Virus record (IMG/VR): IMGVR_UViG_3300025318_000025
Location: 1 to 37,057 of that record
DNA: 37,057 nt
Strand: one strand, 5' to 3'
Source: a virus
Taxonomy: Duplodnaviria > Caudoviricetes
The position numbers and the translations under genes were made by a program. How positions within the stretch are numbered: the stretch's first letter is position 1; each line of letters begins with the position of its first letter. Positions 9,449-18,558 of this stretch are shown piece after piece. A model generated the notes under the pieces. It searched no databases. It saw only the letters and a program-made list of their open reading frames with translations, and was not told the origin of the DNA.

Positions 9449-11194
9449 ATGGCTCAGCGGTTCGACTACTTTTTCGGTCAGATCGTGACCGAGGCCGAGC
9501 TGGACGCGGGTCTAGCGGCACTCGAGACAGCGGACCGCGCTCTGGCGATCGATGTCGACCAGGCACTCGTCGACCTGTCGGCGGCTCCCACTATCGACGG
9601 GGGGATTCACAAGGCCCTCGTCACTTCGTTCTCAGGCTTCGACGTCACCGTGACCGGTCCGGGCGTCGCCTACGACAATCAGGGACGTCGGATCGCCACG
9701 GCCGCGAACCTGACGGTTAGTGTCACGGCTACGGGCGAGACCGCAGTCGGCCTCGGCGGCACTCCAACAGGCGGTTCAGCTACTGATCCAGGTGTAGGAC
9801 TGGAACGCTGGGTCTCCCTGTTCGTGCGTTTCGAGCGCAAGCTGTCCGTCCCGCGTGTCGACAACAACAGCGTCGCGATCGACTACCAGCAGGACGAGAG
9901 CTTCGTCTTCAAGGTCACGATGGGGTCGCCGGACGTATCCCCGACACGGCCGGCCCTCGAATCCGGAATGGTGCTTCTCGCGGATTTCCGCCGTTCGAAC
10001 GCAGCGATTCTCGAGATGAGCACCACGCGGCGACACGACTGGCTCGTGCGCGAAGACGCGACGACCTTCCCCATCCGCACCTTGCGGTCGCTCACCACGC
10101 GCAGTGCCATCACATCGCTCTTGGCGTATTACAACGACCACGTTCGCCTGACGGGTGCATCGGACAAACACCCCGCCTCACAGCTGGACTACGGCGGCGG
10201 CGGGAACTGGGCCGACGGCACCACCAACCCGGCCGCGACCGTCGAGGCCCAGCTCGACAAGATCATCAGCGACCTCGCCGGTTCGAGCGGGACGGCTCGC
10301 GTCGGTACAGCCGCCCGTGCCGGGGCGGCCGGAACCAGCGGAGTTCTGAGCATCGGGGCCGGAACCCTCAAGCAGGCCCTCGACGATCTGCAGGATGCAG
10401 TAAACAGCCGCGTCTTGCGTTCGGGCGATACCGTGTCTGGTAACCTCGTACCGGACGCGACCGGCAAGGATCTGGGCGCGACCGGAGCTCGCTGGGACGT
10501 ATTCGCCAGCGACCTGACCGTCACGCAGGTAATCTCGAACCTGATCCCGTCGTCTGCTGGACTCGGCCTGGGTTCGGCGGTTAAGCGCTGGGACGCACAC
10601 CTAGATACAGCCACTGTGTACACCGCGTTGGTGCCAAGCGGCGATGGAACGATCGACCTGGGAAGTGCCGCCGCAACATGGAAGGACATCTACGGTGTAA
10701 CCCATCGATGGAGTCCGGCGAAGGTCCCTCAAATCACGATTCCTGCCTCCGCGGGTCGGTTCGAAAGCGACTGGGTTTCCATCCTCGGTACGACAACGAC
10801 CACGACGCGGGACAACATCCGCACAACCGCTACGCCCGCGGGTGACACAAACTCTCTCGTGATCCCTATTGGACGGGAGGTGCCCGACGGTGCGACGATC
10901 CTCGGTATTTCAGTTGTGTGGTCTGGGCAGGTCGGAGACACCCTGAAGTTCGCGGCCTACAGAGAGGCCAACAGCACCACCGATACACGCACGGTACTCG
11001 ACGTGGCGGGTTCCGATGCCGGTACCGGAGCTATCATCGAGAGTACGGTCTATGATGGCTCACCGTCCGTGACGCTCAATCGAGATGCAGAGTCCCTCGT
11101 CGTGGCGTTCCAGGGCAACCGCGGCGCCGGCGCGGTTGACATCCGTGTGTACTGCGTGAACGTCAGTTTCTCCACGGATCTCGTGACACCGTAG
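9449..11194 (+). CDS. Tail fibre protein
   Basis: N-terminus 'QRFDYFFGQIVTEAELD' is typical of baseplate-anchored fibres. The protein is Gly/Ala/Thr-rich with three 'P....(D/G)LG(S/A)...(R/T)W' repeats. Confidence 0.75.
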   Translation: MAQRFDYFFGQIVTEAELDAGLAALETADRALAIDVDQALVDLSAAPTIDGGIHKALVTSFSGFDVTVTGPGVAYDNQGRRIATAANLTVSVTATGETAVGLGGTPTGGSATDPGVGLERWVSLFVRFERKLSVPRVDNNSVAIDYQQDESFVFKVTMGSPDVSPTRPALESGMVLLADFRRSNAAILEMSTTRRHDWLVREDATTFPIRTLRSLTTRSAITSLLAYYNDHVRLTGASDKHPASQLDYGGGGNWADGTTNPAATVEAQLDKIISDLAGSSGTARVGTAARAGAAGTSGVLSIGAGTLKQALDDLQDAVNSRVLRSGDTVSGNLVPDATGKDLGATGARWDVFASDLTVTQVISNLIPSSAGLGLGSAVKRWDAHLDTATVYTALVPSGDGTIDLGSAAATWKDIYGVTHRWSPAKVPQITIPASAGRFESDWVSILGTTTTTTRDNIRTTATPAGDTNSLVIPIGREVPDGATILGISVVWSGQVGDTLKFAAYREANSTTDTRTVLDVAGSDAGTGAIIESTVYDGSPSVTLNRDAESLVVAFQGNRGAGAVDIRVYCVNVSFSTDLVTP

Positions 11195-11214
11195 CTGCGA
11201 TGGAGGTGGTAGTC

Positions 11215-11781
11215 GTGAGTCGCATCACTTGCTTCTGGCTGGAGCCTGTGGACCAGGCGCGACGGAGCCTGCGCCGGTACCGTGGCCACGATGCCGGCGG
11301 CGCGGCGTGTCCTTTCTCGCCCAGCTACCACAACGCGAGCGTGATCGTTTCAGACTCAGAGCCGTGGGGTGAGTCGCCGTGGGTCGGAATGGGCGATCGC
11401 CCGACCGAGGAGGAGCGCTCCGACCCGCGCGGGCCCGCGCGCTGCGCATGCGGCTACGAGTTCCAGCCGGACGACGAATGGCAGGTCAACCACGATCGGC
11501 TCTACCGCCGCTCGGACACCGGCGATCTCGTCACGACGCGCGATGCCCCAGCGGGCGCCATGTGGGACGCGACGTGGTGGCCGACCGACAGGGGTCCAGA
11601 CGACCGCTGCCTCGTCGTGAAGACGCCGGGCGGCGACTGGATGCCGGACTGCCCCTCGAAGGATGGCGCGCCGTGGACTCGCACCGGAGAGGTGCCCAAG
11701 GTCACCGCGCGGCCGTCCATCCTGTTCCCGAGCAACGGCTACCATGCCTTTCTCACGAACGGCGTACTGAAGGACTGCTAA
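11215..11781 (+). CDS. Cys/Trp-rich protein with DUF6527-like C-terminus
   Basis: GTG start with SD GGAGGT (alternative ATG at 11200). The C-terminal 'WTRTGEVPKVTARPSIL...YHAFLTNGVL' resembles DUF6527 from memory. Confidence 0.55.
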   Translation: MSRITCFWLEPVDQARRSLRRYRGHDAGGAACPFSPSYHNASVIVSDSEPWGESPWVGMGDRPTEEERSDPRGPARCACGYEFQPDDEWQVNHDRLYRRSDTGDLVTTRDAPAGAMWDATWWPTDRGPDDRCLVVKTPGGDWMPDCPSKDGAPWTRTGEVPKVTARPSILFPSNGYHAFLTNGVLKDC

Positions 11782-12017
11782 TGAAGATCACCGAGCATCC
11801 CGACGGGACGAAGACGCGGGAAGGCACGCCAGAGGAGTTGGCGACCTACTACGGCTACGGCACGGCGTCGCAACCGAGCGCGCCGCTAGGCTTCCCGATA
11901 CCTCTCCCCGTCATCGTCCTCCCCACCACCGTTCCATCGCTCGCACCGATGCAGCCATGGATCATACGTGACCCGCTGCCCTGGGAATCGCCGTCACGGA
12001 CTGAGCCGCTGCTCTGA
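11781..12017 (+). CDS. Hypothetical Pro-rich protein (78 aa)
   Basis: TAATG overlap with the upstream gene; begins MKITEHPDGTKTREGTPEEL. Confidence 0.55.
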   Translation: MKITEHPDGTKTREGTPEELATYYGYGTASQPSAPLGFPIPLPVIVLPTTVPSLAPMQPWIIRDPLPWESPSRTEPLL

Positions 12018-12047
12018 GTTCGACTACGACGGATTCAGTAGCATCAG

Positions 12048-12326
12048 TCAGCGACTACCGAACGCGCGCATCGCAACTTGCCAGGCGGAAGCCGCCGGGT
12101 GACTACGACAGTAGGTCGACTCCAGATGCGTGATCCGCGGGCGAGGCTGGCGAGTCCGTCTTCGACGGGGGTCGTCCGGACAAGCGATCGGTGCCGCGTT
12201 GGTGAGGCTCGTCGCCGTGAGCGTGCGACTGTATGTTGTACACGTCGTGCCGGACGTGTCGGGGTAGAACATCATGAAGTGTGTGGATGTCTGCGTCGTG
12301 TCGGACGTGTTGGTCGACTGGTACAT
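12048..12326 (-). CDS. Hypothetical protein
   Basis: 92-aa ORF with upstream GGAG, continuing the minus-strand cluster. Confidence 0.4.
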   Translation of the reverse strand: MYQSTNTSDTTQTSTHFMMFYPDTSGTTCTTYSRTLTATSLTNAAPIACPDDPRRRRTRQPRPRITHLESTYCRSHPAASAWQVAMRAFGSR

Positions 12327-12340
12327 TCAGGCCCACTCCA

Positions 12341-12853
12341 CTAGACACGGGGACCGATCGCCGCCACGAGTACGGTTCGGTCGTTGATGCCGAGCAACCC
12401 GCCGGCGGCGTCCCCGAAACGTACGGTGAGACTGGCCGCGAGCTTGGCCCGTAGTCGGTAGGTCCAGTCCACGTCCACTTCCAGTATCGCCCAGGCGAGG
12501 TATGTAGTACCAGTGAAGGCTTGTGTCCACGTGACCTGGATCGTGTTCAGAGACTCATTCTTCGAGACGCCGGACACGCCGTTGCCGGCCGCTATGACAG
12601 GATTCACGCCCGTCGCGTTGGTGGTCACGACCACCCAGGAAGCAGTCCGCTCATCGAACAGCTCGGCGACCCCTGTCAGCAGGGTGTCCAGAAACCCAGG
12701 CGACGCGAAGGCCGCACCCGTCGACCGCACCTCCTTGGTTACGGGGTGTTGAATCTCGGTACCAGGAGTCCCGAGAGCGATCTGCAGACTCGCATCGCCG
12801 GACGCGTCTGCCACAGTCTGGATGAGACCGTCGAGGTCCTCGCGCGTGGTCAT
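12341..12853 (-). CDS. Hypothetical protein (beta-rich C-terminus)
   Basis: ATG 12853 preceded by AGGAG, 7 nt after the stop of the upstream minus-strand gene. Confidence 0.65.
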   Translation of the reverse strand: MTTREDLDGLIQTVADASGDASLQIALGTPGTEIQHPVTKEVRSTGAAFASPGFLDTLLTGVAELFDERTASWVVVTTNATGVNPVIAAGNGVSGVSKNESLNTIQVTWTQAFTGTTYLAWAILEVDVDWTYRLRAKLAASLTVRFGDAAGGLLGINDRTVLVAAIGPRV

Positions 12854-12860
12854 GGAACTC

Positions 12861-13130
12861 CTACTGCGGTGGCAGCTTGTAGCGCCAGCCCGGAATCTTG
12901 ACGGGCTCGACAGCACCGCGCGTGCCGTACACGATCAGCGACGGCTCCTGTTCCGGATCGGTCTGCGCCTCCCAGGAGCAGGCGCGAACGACGAGGCCGA
13001 GCGCCTGCGCCTTCTTGACGGCCTTCGCGCGCAGGTCCTCACGGTCCACGCCTTTCAGCGGTCCGCGGTGCACGGCTCGTGTCGTGCCCTTCCCGCGCTC
13101 CACTTCGAAGATCTTGACCGCTGCGTCCAT
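12861..13130 (-). CDS. Hypothetical protein
   Basis: 89-aa ORF packed between minus-strand neighbours. Confidence 0.6.
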   Translation of the reverse strand: MDAAVKIFEVERGKGTTRAVHRGPLKGVDREDLRAKAVKKAQALGLVVRACSWEAQTDPEQEPSLIVYGTRGAVEPVKIPGWRYKLPPQ

Positions 13131-13133
13131 CGG

Positions 13134-13475
13134 TTAGCCCCTTCTATAGCCCGAGCAGTTTTCGTATGTGACGGTCTGTGTCCGGCTGGTCCGGACGAAC
13201 GGACACATCGCCCGCTCCCCTGGTGGCGGTACGTCGAGGCCGTTCTGTTTGCCCCAGCGCCGAAGCCAGACACACGATCCGTCATCCTCGAGGCGCTTGC
13301 AGATGCGACGAGGAGGCGTGAGATCCTGAATCTCCTTCAGGAGCTTCGGACTCGGGATCACCCCCTGGTTCCAGAGGGCGATCGCCTTATCGATCGTGCG
13401 GAGACCCGGGCCCTCGCCGTAGGCCTGGCGCTGGCTGCGCAACCAATCTCCGAGCTCGATGTCCATCCCCAGCAG
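13134..13475 (-). CDS. Hypothetical Cys-containing protein (start CTG 13475 or ATG 13466)
   Basis: SD AAGGAG lies 7 nt upstream of an in-frame CTG; the ATG follows 3 codons later. Confidence 0.55.
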   Translation of the reverse strand: MLGMDIELGDWLRSQRQAYGEGPGLRTIDKAIALWNQGVIPSPKLLKEIQDLTPPRRICKRLEDDGSCVWLRRWGKQNGLDVPPPGERAMCPFVRTSRTQTVTYENCSGYRRG

Positions 13476-13488
13476 CCTAACACTCCTT

Positions 13489-13500
13489 CCCTTGTGTTTG
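13489..13500 (-). promoter_or_regulatory. Dispersed motif copy 3
   Basis: CCCTTGTGTTTG in the divergent intergenic region, abutting the SD of the minus-strand gene. Confidence 0.7.
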
Positions 13501-13523
13501 AAGTCTTCTAGAGTAACGGCGAC

Positions 13524-13552
13524 TTGACGACAAACACGAATGGAAGTATACA
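13524..13552 (+). promoter_or_regulatory. sigma70-like promoter TTGACG-N17-TATACA (probably leaderless mRNA)
   Basis: The -10 box ends 6 nt before ATG 13559, and there is no SD. Confidence 0.55.
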
Positions 13553-13558
13553 GAAGCA

Positions 13559-13966
13559 ATGGTGATTCCGTCGGACGAAACCATCGCGATCGAACACTCG
13601 ATCTCGGCCACGGACGACTTCGACGGCACTGTGCCGAGCACCACGCCGACCAAGTCGGGCAACGTCCTCGTCTATCCCGTGGACAACAACGGTGGGCTCT
13701 TCGACTTCGAGCAGAACGACGATGTCCTGCAGTGCGAAGGCTTCGAGGTCACGTTCGGTGGACAGGCATCTTGGACCTTCAAGAAGGTCTACAATGACGG
13801 GACCAGCAAGGCTCTGATTCTGTCCGGCACGACGGACACCTCGTACTTTCTCACTGCCGAGAACTTCTTCCGCATCCTTCCGGGGGAGAAGCTCGAGCTC
13901 ATCACGACGGGCGCGACGACGGCGATGCGTGCGCGTGTACTGGCCCGCCGACTGCGGAGCTGCTGA
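13559..13966 (+). CDS. Putative virion protein
   Basis: 135-aa beta-rich ORF coupled (TGATG) to the next gene. Confidence 0.65.
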   Translation: MVIPSDETIAIEHSISATDDFDGTVPSTTPTKSGNVLVYPVDNNGGLFDFEQNDDVLQCEGFEVTFGGQASWTFKKVYNDGTSKALILSGTTDTSYFLTAENFFRILPGEKLELITTGATTAMRARVLARRLRSC

Positions 13967-15447
13967 TGTCCTTCCGCAACGGCAAGCCTGACGGTGTGGT
14001 CATCGCGGATTCGCTGGGACGCACGCCCGGTCGAATGCGCATCACGATCGATCCGGTGAACGGCAACGACGGCAACACCTTCGTGCTGGGAACTGACCCG
14101 GACCCGGCGGGGGCGGGACGAGGCAGCCTGCCCACCTGGATAGCGACCCTGAAGACGCTGCAGGGGGCTTTCCACCGATTGCCGGGCCTGTGGCAACATC
14201 CAATCTTCATCGATCTGCCCGCGGGGACTATCAACCTCGCAGCCGCCGGACTCATTACGGGGGGGCAGGAAGCTGTACTGTCGGGACATCAGATCGACTC
14301 GGAAGTTCGGTATCTCGATCCGATCCTCTTCACGTACGATGCCATTCCCGGCGTGTACCTCAACGGCGCTAAGACTGTCACGCTCGCTACTGGGGCCGTG
14401 GATATCTTCTCAGCCACAACGATCGGGCGGGCAGCCCTGGCCATGACCGTGGATGCCCATCGCGGGTCGATCGTCGAGATCGTGGCGGGCACTGGAGCGG
14501 GCCAGTGGCGGCGTGTCGCGCGCAACACAGCCACGACGGTGCACGTCGTCGATGCCTGGGCAACTAATCCCGACGCGACTAGCACCTTTCGTATCTGGAC
14601 TCCTGGCACCCAACTCGTCGGGGCACTCATCGTTGACGACGTCGCCTACGGTGCCTCAGCTAGCGTTGTTGTGAGTCCGGAGATCGAACTAGTCGAGGAC
14701 TTCGCAGGACAGTTCCTACTGATCCAGACGAATGCCCCCTGCAACTTCGCCGGCACGATGACGGGCAGCGGCATCACAAACCGCATCGCGAATGTCGCGC
14801 AGAACAGTGCGTTCTACCCCACGTGGTTCGACTACTGGCGTGATCCGGGTTTCAAGCAATCCGTGGGACCGTACCTCAAGGACGGGGAGATACTCTTCTA
14901 CGGTAGTGATAGCTTCATCGGGGGAAACGCCTGGGGCGCCGTTCTCGATCGCGTGAAAGTCATTGTACAGGACGGCACGGTCGGTTCATGGAAGATTGAT
15001 GCGGACGGTAACACTGGCGGAGCAGATGCTGCCGCAGGCTTCATGGACGTGGTGAAGGGTGCCTCCATGATCCTGATCAAGGGTAGTCATGCTGCTGCAG
15101 CGGTGCAGAACTACAACTACGGTTCGATGGTGAGCGATCGAGCAGGCCTCGACGCCAGTGCGTGCATCTTTTCCAGCCACGCAACATACGGGGTGCTAGT
15201 CGACAGAGCCGCAACTGCGAACCTGCGCGGAGTGACTGGAACGGGAAATGGCACGTATGGAGCTATCGTGCGTGGCGGTTCGATAGCGTACGTGAATCGA
15301 ACGACGACTACCATCACGGGTACGACAGCGAATGCGCGTCTCGGGAACGCTGTAGGGGGATCAAACCAAGCTTGGATAGATGTACCGGCGGGAAGTGGCC
15401 TGCCGAACGCCAACGAAGTATGCGCGCTGATCGATCGTGCTCCGTGA
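13966..15447 (+). CDS. Tail fibre/tailspike-like protein (possible beta-helix)
   Basis: 'IDPVNGNDGN', 'IVAGTGAGQWRRVARNTAT' and C-terminal 'YGVLV/YGAIV' beta-helix-like repeats. Confidence 0.65.
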   Translation: MSFRNGKPDGVVIADSLGRTPGRMRITIDPVNGNDGNTFVLGTDPDPAGAGRGSLPTWIATLKTLQGAFHRLPGLWQHPIFIDLPAGTINLAAAGLITGGQEAVLSGHQIDSEVRYLDPILFTYDAIPGVYLNGAKTVTLATGAVDIFSATTIGRAALAMTVDAHRGSIVEIVAGTGAGQWRRVARNTATTVHVVDAWATNPDATSTFRIWTPGTQLVGALIVDDVAYGASASVVVSPEIELVEDFAGQFLLIQTNAPCNFAGTMTGSGITNRIANVAQNSAFYPTWFDYWRDPGFKQSVGPYLKDGEILFYGSDSFIGGNAWGAVLDRVKVIVQDGTVGSWKIDADGNTGGADAAAGFMDVVKGASMILIKGSHAAAAVQNYNYGSMVSDRAGLDASACIFSSHATYGVLVDRAATANLRGVTGTGNGTYGAIVRGGSIAYVNRTTTTITGTTANARLGNAVGGSNQAWIDVPAGSGLPNANEVCALIDRAP

Positions 15448-15465
15448 TGTGAAGGATTCAGAACC

Positions 15466-15648
15466 ATGCACACGTCGCAACTCGAGACTATTTGTCGTGC
15501 CGCGCGAAAAGCTCTTCAGTCCGGACAGCTTGATCCGGCAGGACGAGATCGAGCCGAAGCTGTTTTGCGCCATGCGGAACGACTCGAAGCCGAAGTCCTA
15601 CAACTGCGCAGTGTGGAATCATCGCCGTCCGAACCGTCGACCAGCTGA
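15466..15648 (+). CDS. Small hypothetical protein (60 aa)
   Basis: SD GAAGGA; fills the gap between neighbours. Confidence 0.5.
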   Translation: MHTSQLETICRAARKALQSGQLDPAGRDRAEAVLRHAERLEAEVLQLRSVESSPSEPSTS

Positions 15649-15675
15649 TTCGCTGTCTCAAGGAGCCGAAACGCG

Positions 15676-16227
15676 ATGCCAGACATCCCGTCCGACGCCG
15701 CGAGCACACCGTTGGTGATCTGGATCTTGGCTGGCGTGATCGTGCTCCTCGCGGGTGTCACGCTCGCCTTGTTCCGTGTTGTCTGGAAGCGGATCCTGCG
15801 CAGGCCCGAAGAGGTACTCGCCGCGGCAACAGCAGATGCTACACGCGGCGACAAGGTTCTACACCGTCGAGTGAGCGAGGTCACGGCCGAGCACAAGCAA
15901 GTCGTCGCCAAGCTCGACGGAATCACGGCTGGAATCGGTGAACTGCGAACAGAGCTGGCCACGGTAAAGACAGAGGTCCGTCAGCTCAGCCGCCGCTCCT
16001 ACGAGACCGATCGAAACTTGTACGCCCTCGGACAGGCTGTACAGGAGAACAGGGCCGACATCCAAGCACAGGCTGGTTCGATCCGTGCGTTGCAGTTCCA
16101 TGCCGACTTGACGCCCCTACCGATGGACACGCATCGACGCAAGCCCGTAGCGATACCCCCACCCGACCTGTCCCTCGACACAGAGGACGAAGTACCTGGA
16201 AACGGGACCACGAAAGGGAAGCCATGA
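15676..16227 (+). CDS. Membrane-anchored coiled-coil protein (lysis-associated candidate)
   Basis: SD AAGGAG; one N-terminal TM helix (LVIWILAGVIVLLAGVTLALF) followed by a heptad-rich region. Confidence 0.65.
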   Translation: MPDIPSDAASTPLVIWILAGVIVLLAGVTLALFRVVWKRILRRPEEVLAAATADATRGDKVLHRRVSEVTAEHKQVVAKLDGITAGIGELRTELATVKTEVRQLSRRSYETDRNLYALGQAVQENRADIQAQAGSIRALQFHADLTPLPMDTHRRKPVAIPPPDLSLDTEDEVPGNGTTKGKP

Positions 16228-17147
16228 CCGCTATCGTAGAGACGATCACAGCCGTGCCCGGTGCGGACGTCGGGGGCCTTCTCACGGACCTTCTGAAGAT
16301 CGTGACGGATGCAGCCACAGGTACAGCAGGCTGGCTGGTCAGCCTGGGCGCGCTGTCCCTTCTGCTCGTACGCGTCAGTAAGTTACCTGTTCTCGATCGC
16401 TGGTTGAGCTCCCCCGTGTGGCTGCGCCCCGCGATGTCTGCAGGCCTCGGGGCGCTGGGCGGCTTCATCTCCGGCTTCGCACTCGGAGGACTGCCGAAGG
16501 CCCTGATCGGGGTCGTGACCGGTGCTGTCTCGGGCCTCGCCGCCGTCGGTGCGCACCAGCTCGGCTCTCGCATTACCGCCGAGGGTCGTGCGGAAGTGGA
16601 CGTCGTGCGCGTCGTGAAGACCTTCGTCGCGGCGGGCGACGAAGATGTGAAACGCAAGGCCGCCGAGCTTCACGCAGCGATCGACAAGGCCGCAGCCGAG
16701 TCCGATCGGCGGAAGCGTGTCGATGCCCTCGCGGCCTTGGGCAACGCTGGGACAGTTCTATTGATCGCCGTACTCGTAGCGACCTTGGCGCTTCCCCGTG
16801 TCGCCTGGGCCGATACAGCACCGGCCTCTGCACCGACCTCACGCCCTGTGACGGGATTGCTCGAAGGGGACGTTGCACCCTTCGATGGCCTACTGGTCCC
16901 GCCGGATACGTACAAGCGCTACCTGCACCAGAGGATCGACCTCGAGGCCTGCGAGCTCCGCGTGAAGGTGCGTGACAAGGCCATCGCCGATCACCTGGCG
17001 ATGCCGCTTCTGCCTGTCCCTACCACAACACCGAAGCTCGGGTCGGGTAGCTTCGGTTGGTGGTTCACCGCCGGCGTCGCGACGGGCTTCCTTGTCGCCG
17101 GTGCGGTCGTGTGGGGGGCCGTGCAGGTTCTACGCGCCGAACCGTGA
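16224..17147 (+). CDS. Multi-pass membrane protein (holin/spanin-like candidate)
   Basis: ATGA overlap; about 3 N-terminal TM segments, an internal signal-peptide-like segment ending 'AWA-D', and a C-terminal TM. Confidence 0.6.
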   Translation: MTAIVETITAVPGADVGGLLTDLLKIVTDAATGTAGWLVSLGALSLLLVRVSKLPVLDRWLSSPVWLRPAMSAGLGALGGFISGFALGGLPKALIGVVTGAVSGLAAVGAHQLGSRITAEGRAEVDVVRVVKTFVAAGDEDVKRKAAELHAAIDKAAAESDRRKRVDALAALGNAGTVLLIAVLVATLALPRVAWADTAPASAPTSRPVTGLLEGDVAPFDGLLVPPDTYKRYLHQRIDLEACELRVKVRDKAIADHLAMPLLPVPTTTPKLGSGSFGWWFTAGVATGFLVAGAVVWGAVQVLRAEP

Positions 17148-17167
17148 CGACGAATTCTCCGAGAAAC

Positions 17168-17197
17168 TTGCCAGAGCTGCACATACGCACGTAGTAT
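17168..17197 (+). promoter_or_regulatory. sigma70-like promoter TTGCCA-N18-TAGTAT
   Basis: Lies in the 167-bp non-coding gap upstream of the prim-pol gene. Confidence 0.5.
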
Positions 17198-17314
17198 CAA
17201 ACTACGAACTTCGGTTCGTGCCACGGAGGCGCGAGAGTCGCGATCTCGCCAGGGTCAGGCACCGGACCCGGCCTCCGTGGCAGCTTTCTCCGCAGGTGCC
17301 GTGGGAGCTCACCG

Positions 17315-18235
17315 GTGCAGACCATTCAATCAGTTACCCCAAGTCACAACGCCGTCGCTGCGTTCGAGTATGCTCGCCACGGCCTGCGCGTCATTCCCTC
17401 CTGTAGTCCCTGGCGAGGTCGCTGCAACCACCACGGTTCCAACTGCACGTCCCCTGGCAAAGTACCGCTGATACGATGGGCGACCTACCAATCGAGACCG
17501 CCCACCGAGAACGAGATGACGGCTTGGTGGAAGTTCTGGCCCACCGCGAATCTTTCCGTCGTCTGCGGCTACCCCCTCGCCCCGGGGAATTTCTTCACGA
17601 TCGTTGACATCGAGGAAGCCGGCGTGGCCAAGTTTTGGTCCACGTGCCCGCCGGCTACTCCGATGTACGCCTCGCAAGGTCGAGGCGTACATCTGTGGTT
17701 TCTGTCCAAGCAACCGATCCGTGCACGACGTATTGAACTCGATGGCCACTTTCTCGGAGACCTCCGCGGATACGGAAGTCTCGCGACTGTCCCACCCTCC
17801 GTCGGTCTTCAAGGCTGGTACCAGTGGCGTGACGACTACGTGTTCGGCCGTGTTCCGATCGCCCCCCTGCCCGACTGGCTAGCCCGTGCTCCCGTGAAGA
17901 CCGTCGAAGGCGATCGGTACAACCTAGAGACGCACGGCCTTCGGATCCTCAAAGACCCCCATCCCGCCGTCAATGCACTGGACAGTCGCGTACGTGAACT
18001 TCTGTACAGCGACTCCTACCGACTGATCGACCGTTCTCGCTTCGATGCTAAGGTGGCGGCGCAGCTAGTCGCGAAGGGCTTCGACGACCAGACCATCCAG
18101 GACATCTTCCTGCACCCATCGACCTCCAAGGCGCGGGAGAAACTGCACACGTCCGGACCCGCAGCTTGCAAGGAGTACATCCGTCGAACGATCGCCTGGG
18201 CACGTCGCACTGCCCGTCCTCAAGCACAAGGGTAA
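17315..18235 (+). CDS. Bifunctional DNA primase/polymerase (Prim-Pol, AEP superfamily)
   Basis: 'GLRVIP...PGKVPL..W', 'WPTANLSVVCG', 'IVDIE', 'GRGVHLWF' and 'DLRGYGSLATVPPS' motifs, plus a helical C-terminal domain. Confidence 0.88.
   Translation: MQTIQSVTPSHNAVAAFEYARHGLRVIPSCSPWRGRCNHHGSNCTSPGKVPLIRWATYQSRPPTENEMTAWWKFWPTANLSVVCGYPLAPGNFFTIVDIEEAGVAKFWSTCPPATPMYASQGRGVHLWFLSKQPIRARRIELDGHFLGDLRGYGSLATVPPSVGLQGWYQWRDDYVFGRVPIAPLPDWLARAPVKTVEGDRYNLETHGLRILKDPHPAVNALDSRVRELLYSDSYRLIDRSRFDAKVAAQLVAKGFDDQTIQDIFLHPSTSKAREKLHTSGPAACKEYIRRTIAWARRTARPQAQG
18221..18232 (+). promoter_or_regulatory. Dispersed motif copy 4
   Basis: CAAGCACAAGGG immediately before the prim-pol stop codon and just upstream of the HNH start. 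Confidence 0.7.
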
Positions 18236-18241
18236 GAGACG

Positions 18242-18553
18242 ATGACGTGGGACCCGCGGTTCCGAGAACGGTGTCGGGAGGAGAAACGTCGCTACCTCGT
18301 CCGTCGCCGCCTGCGACTCATCCTTCGCCTCGGAGCCCGCTGCGTGTACTGCGGAGAGACCCAGCTAGGACGCCTCGAGTTCGACCATCCGTACGGTCGA
18401 GACTGGCAGCCACGGGCCCACAATCGCCACGCGCGGTTGCGGCGGTACGAGCAGGACGCGGCTGAGGGTCGACTGCTGGTCGCGTGCCGTACCTGCAACG
18501 CCGGTGCTCGCCCTTCGCGACCTGAAGAGGTCGCCGCCGAGATCGAGTTCTGA
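18242..18553 (+). CDS. HNH endonuclease
   Basis: CVYCG...LEFDH...LLVACRTCN. Confidence 0.8.
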   Translation: MTWDPRFRERCREEKRRYLVRRRLRLILRLGARCVYCGETQLGRLEFDHPYGRDWQPRAHNRHARLRRYEQDAAEGRLLVACRTCNAGARPSRPEEVAAEIEF

Positions 18554-18558
18554 CCCGC

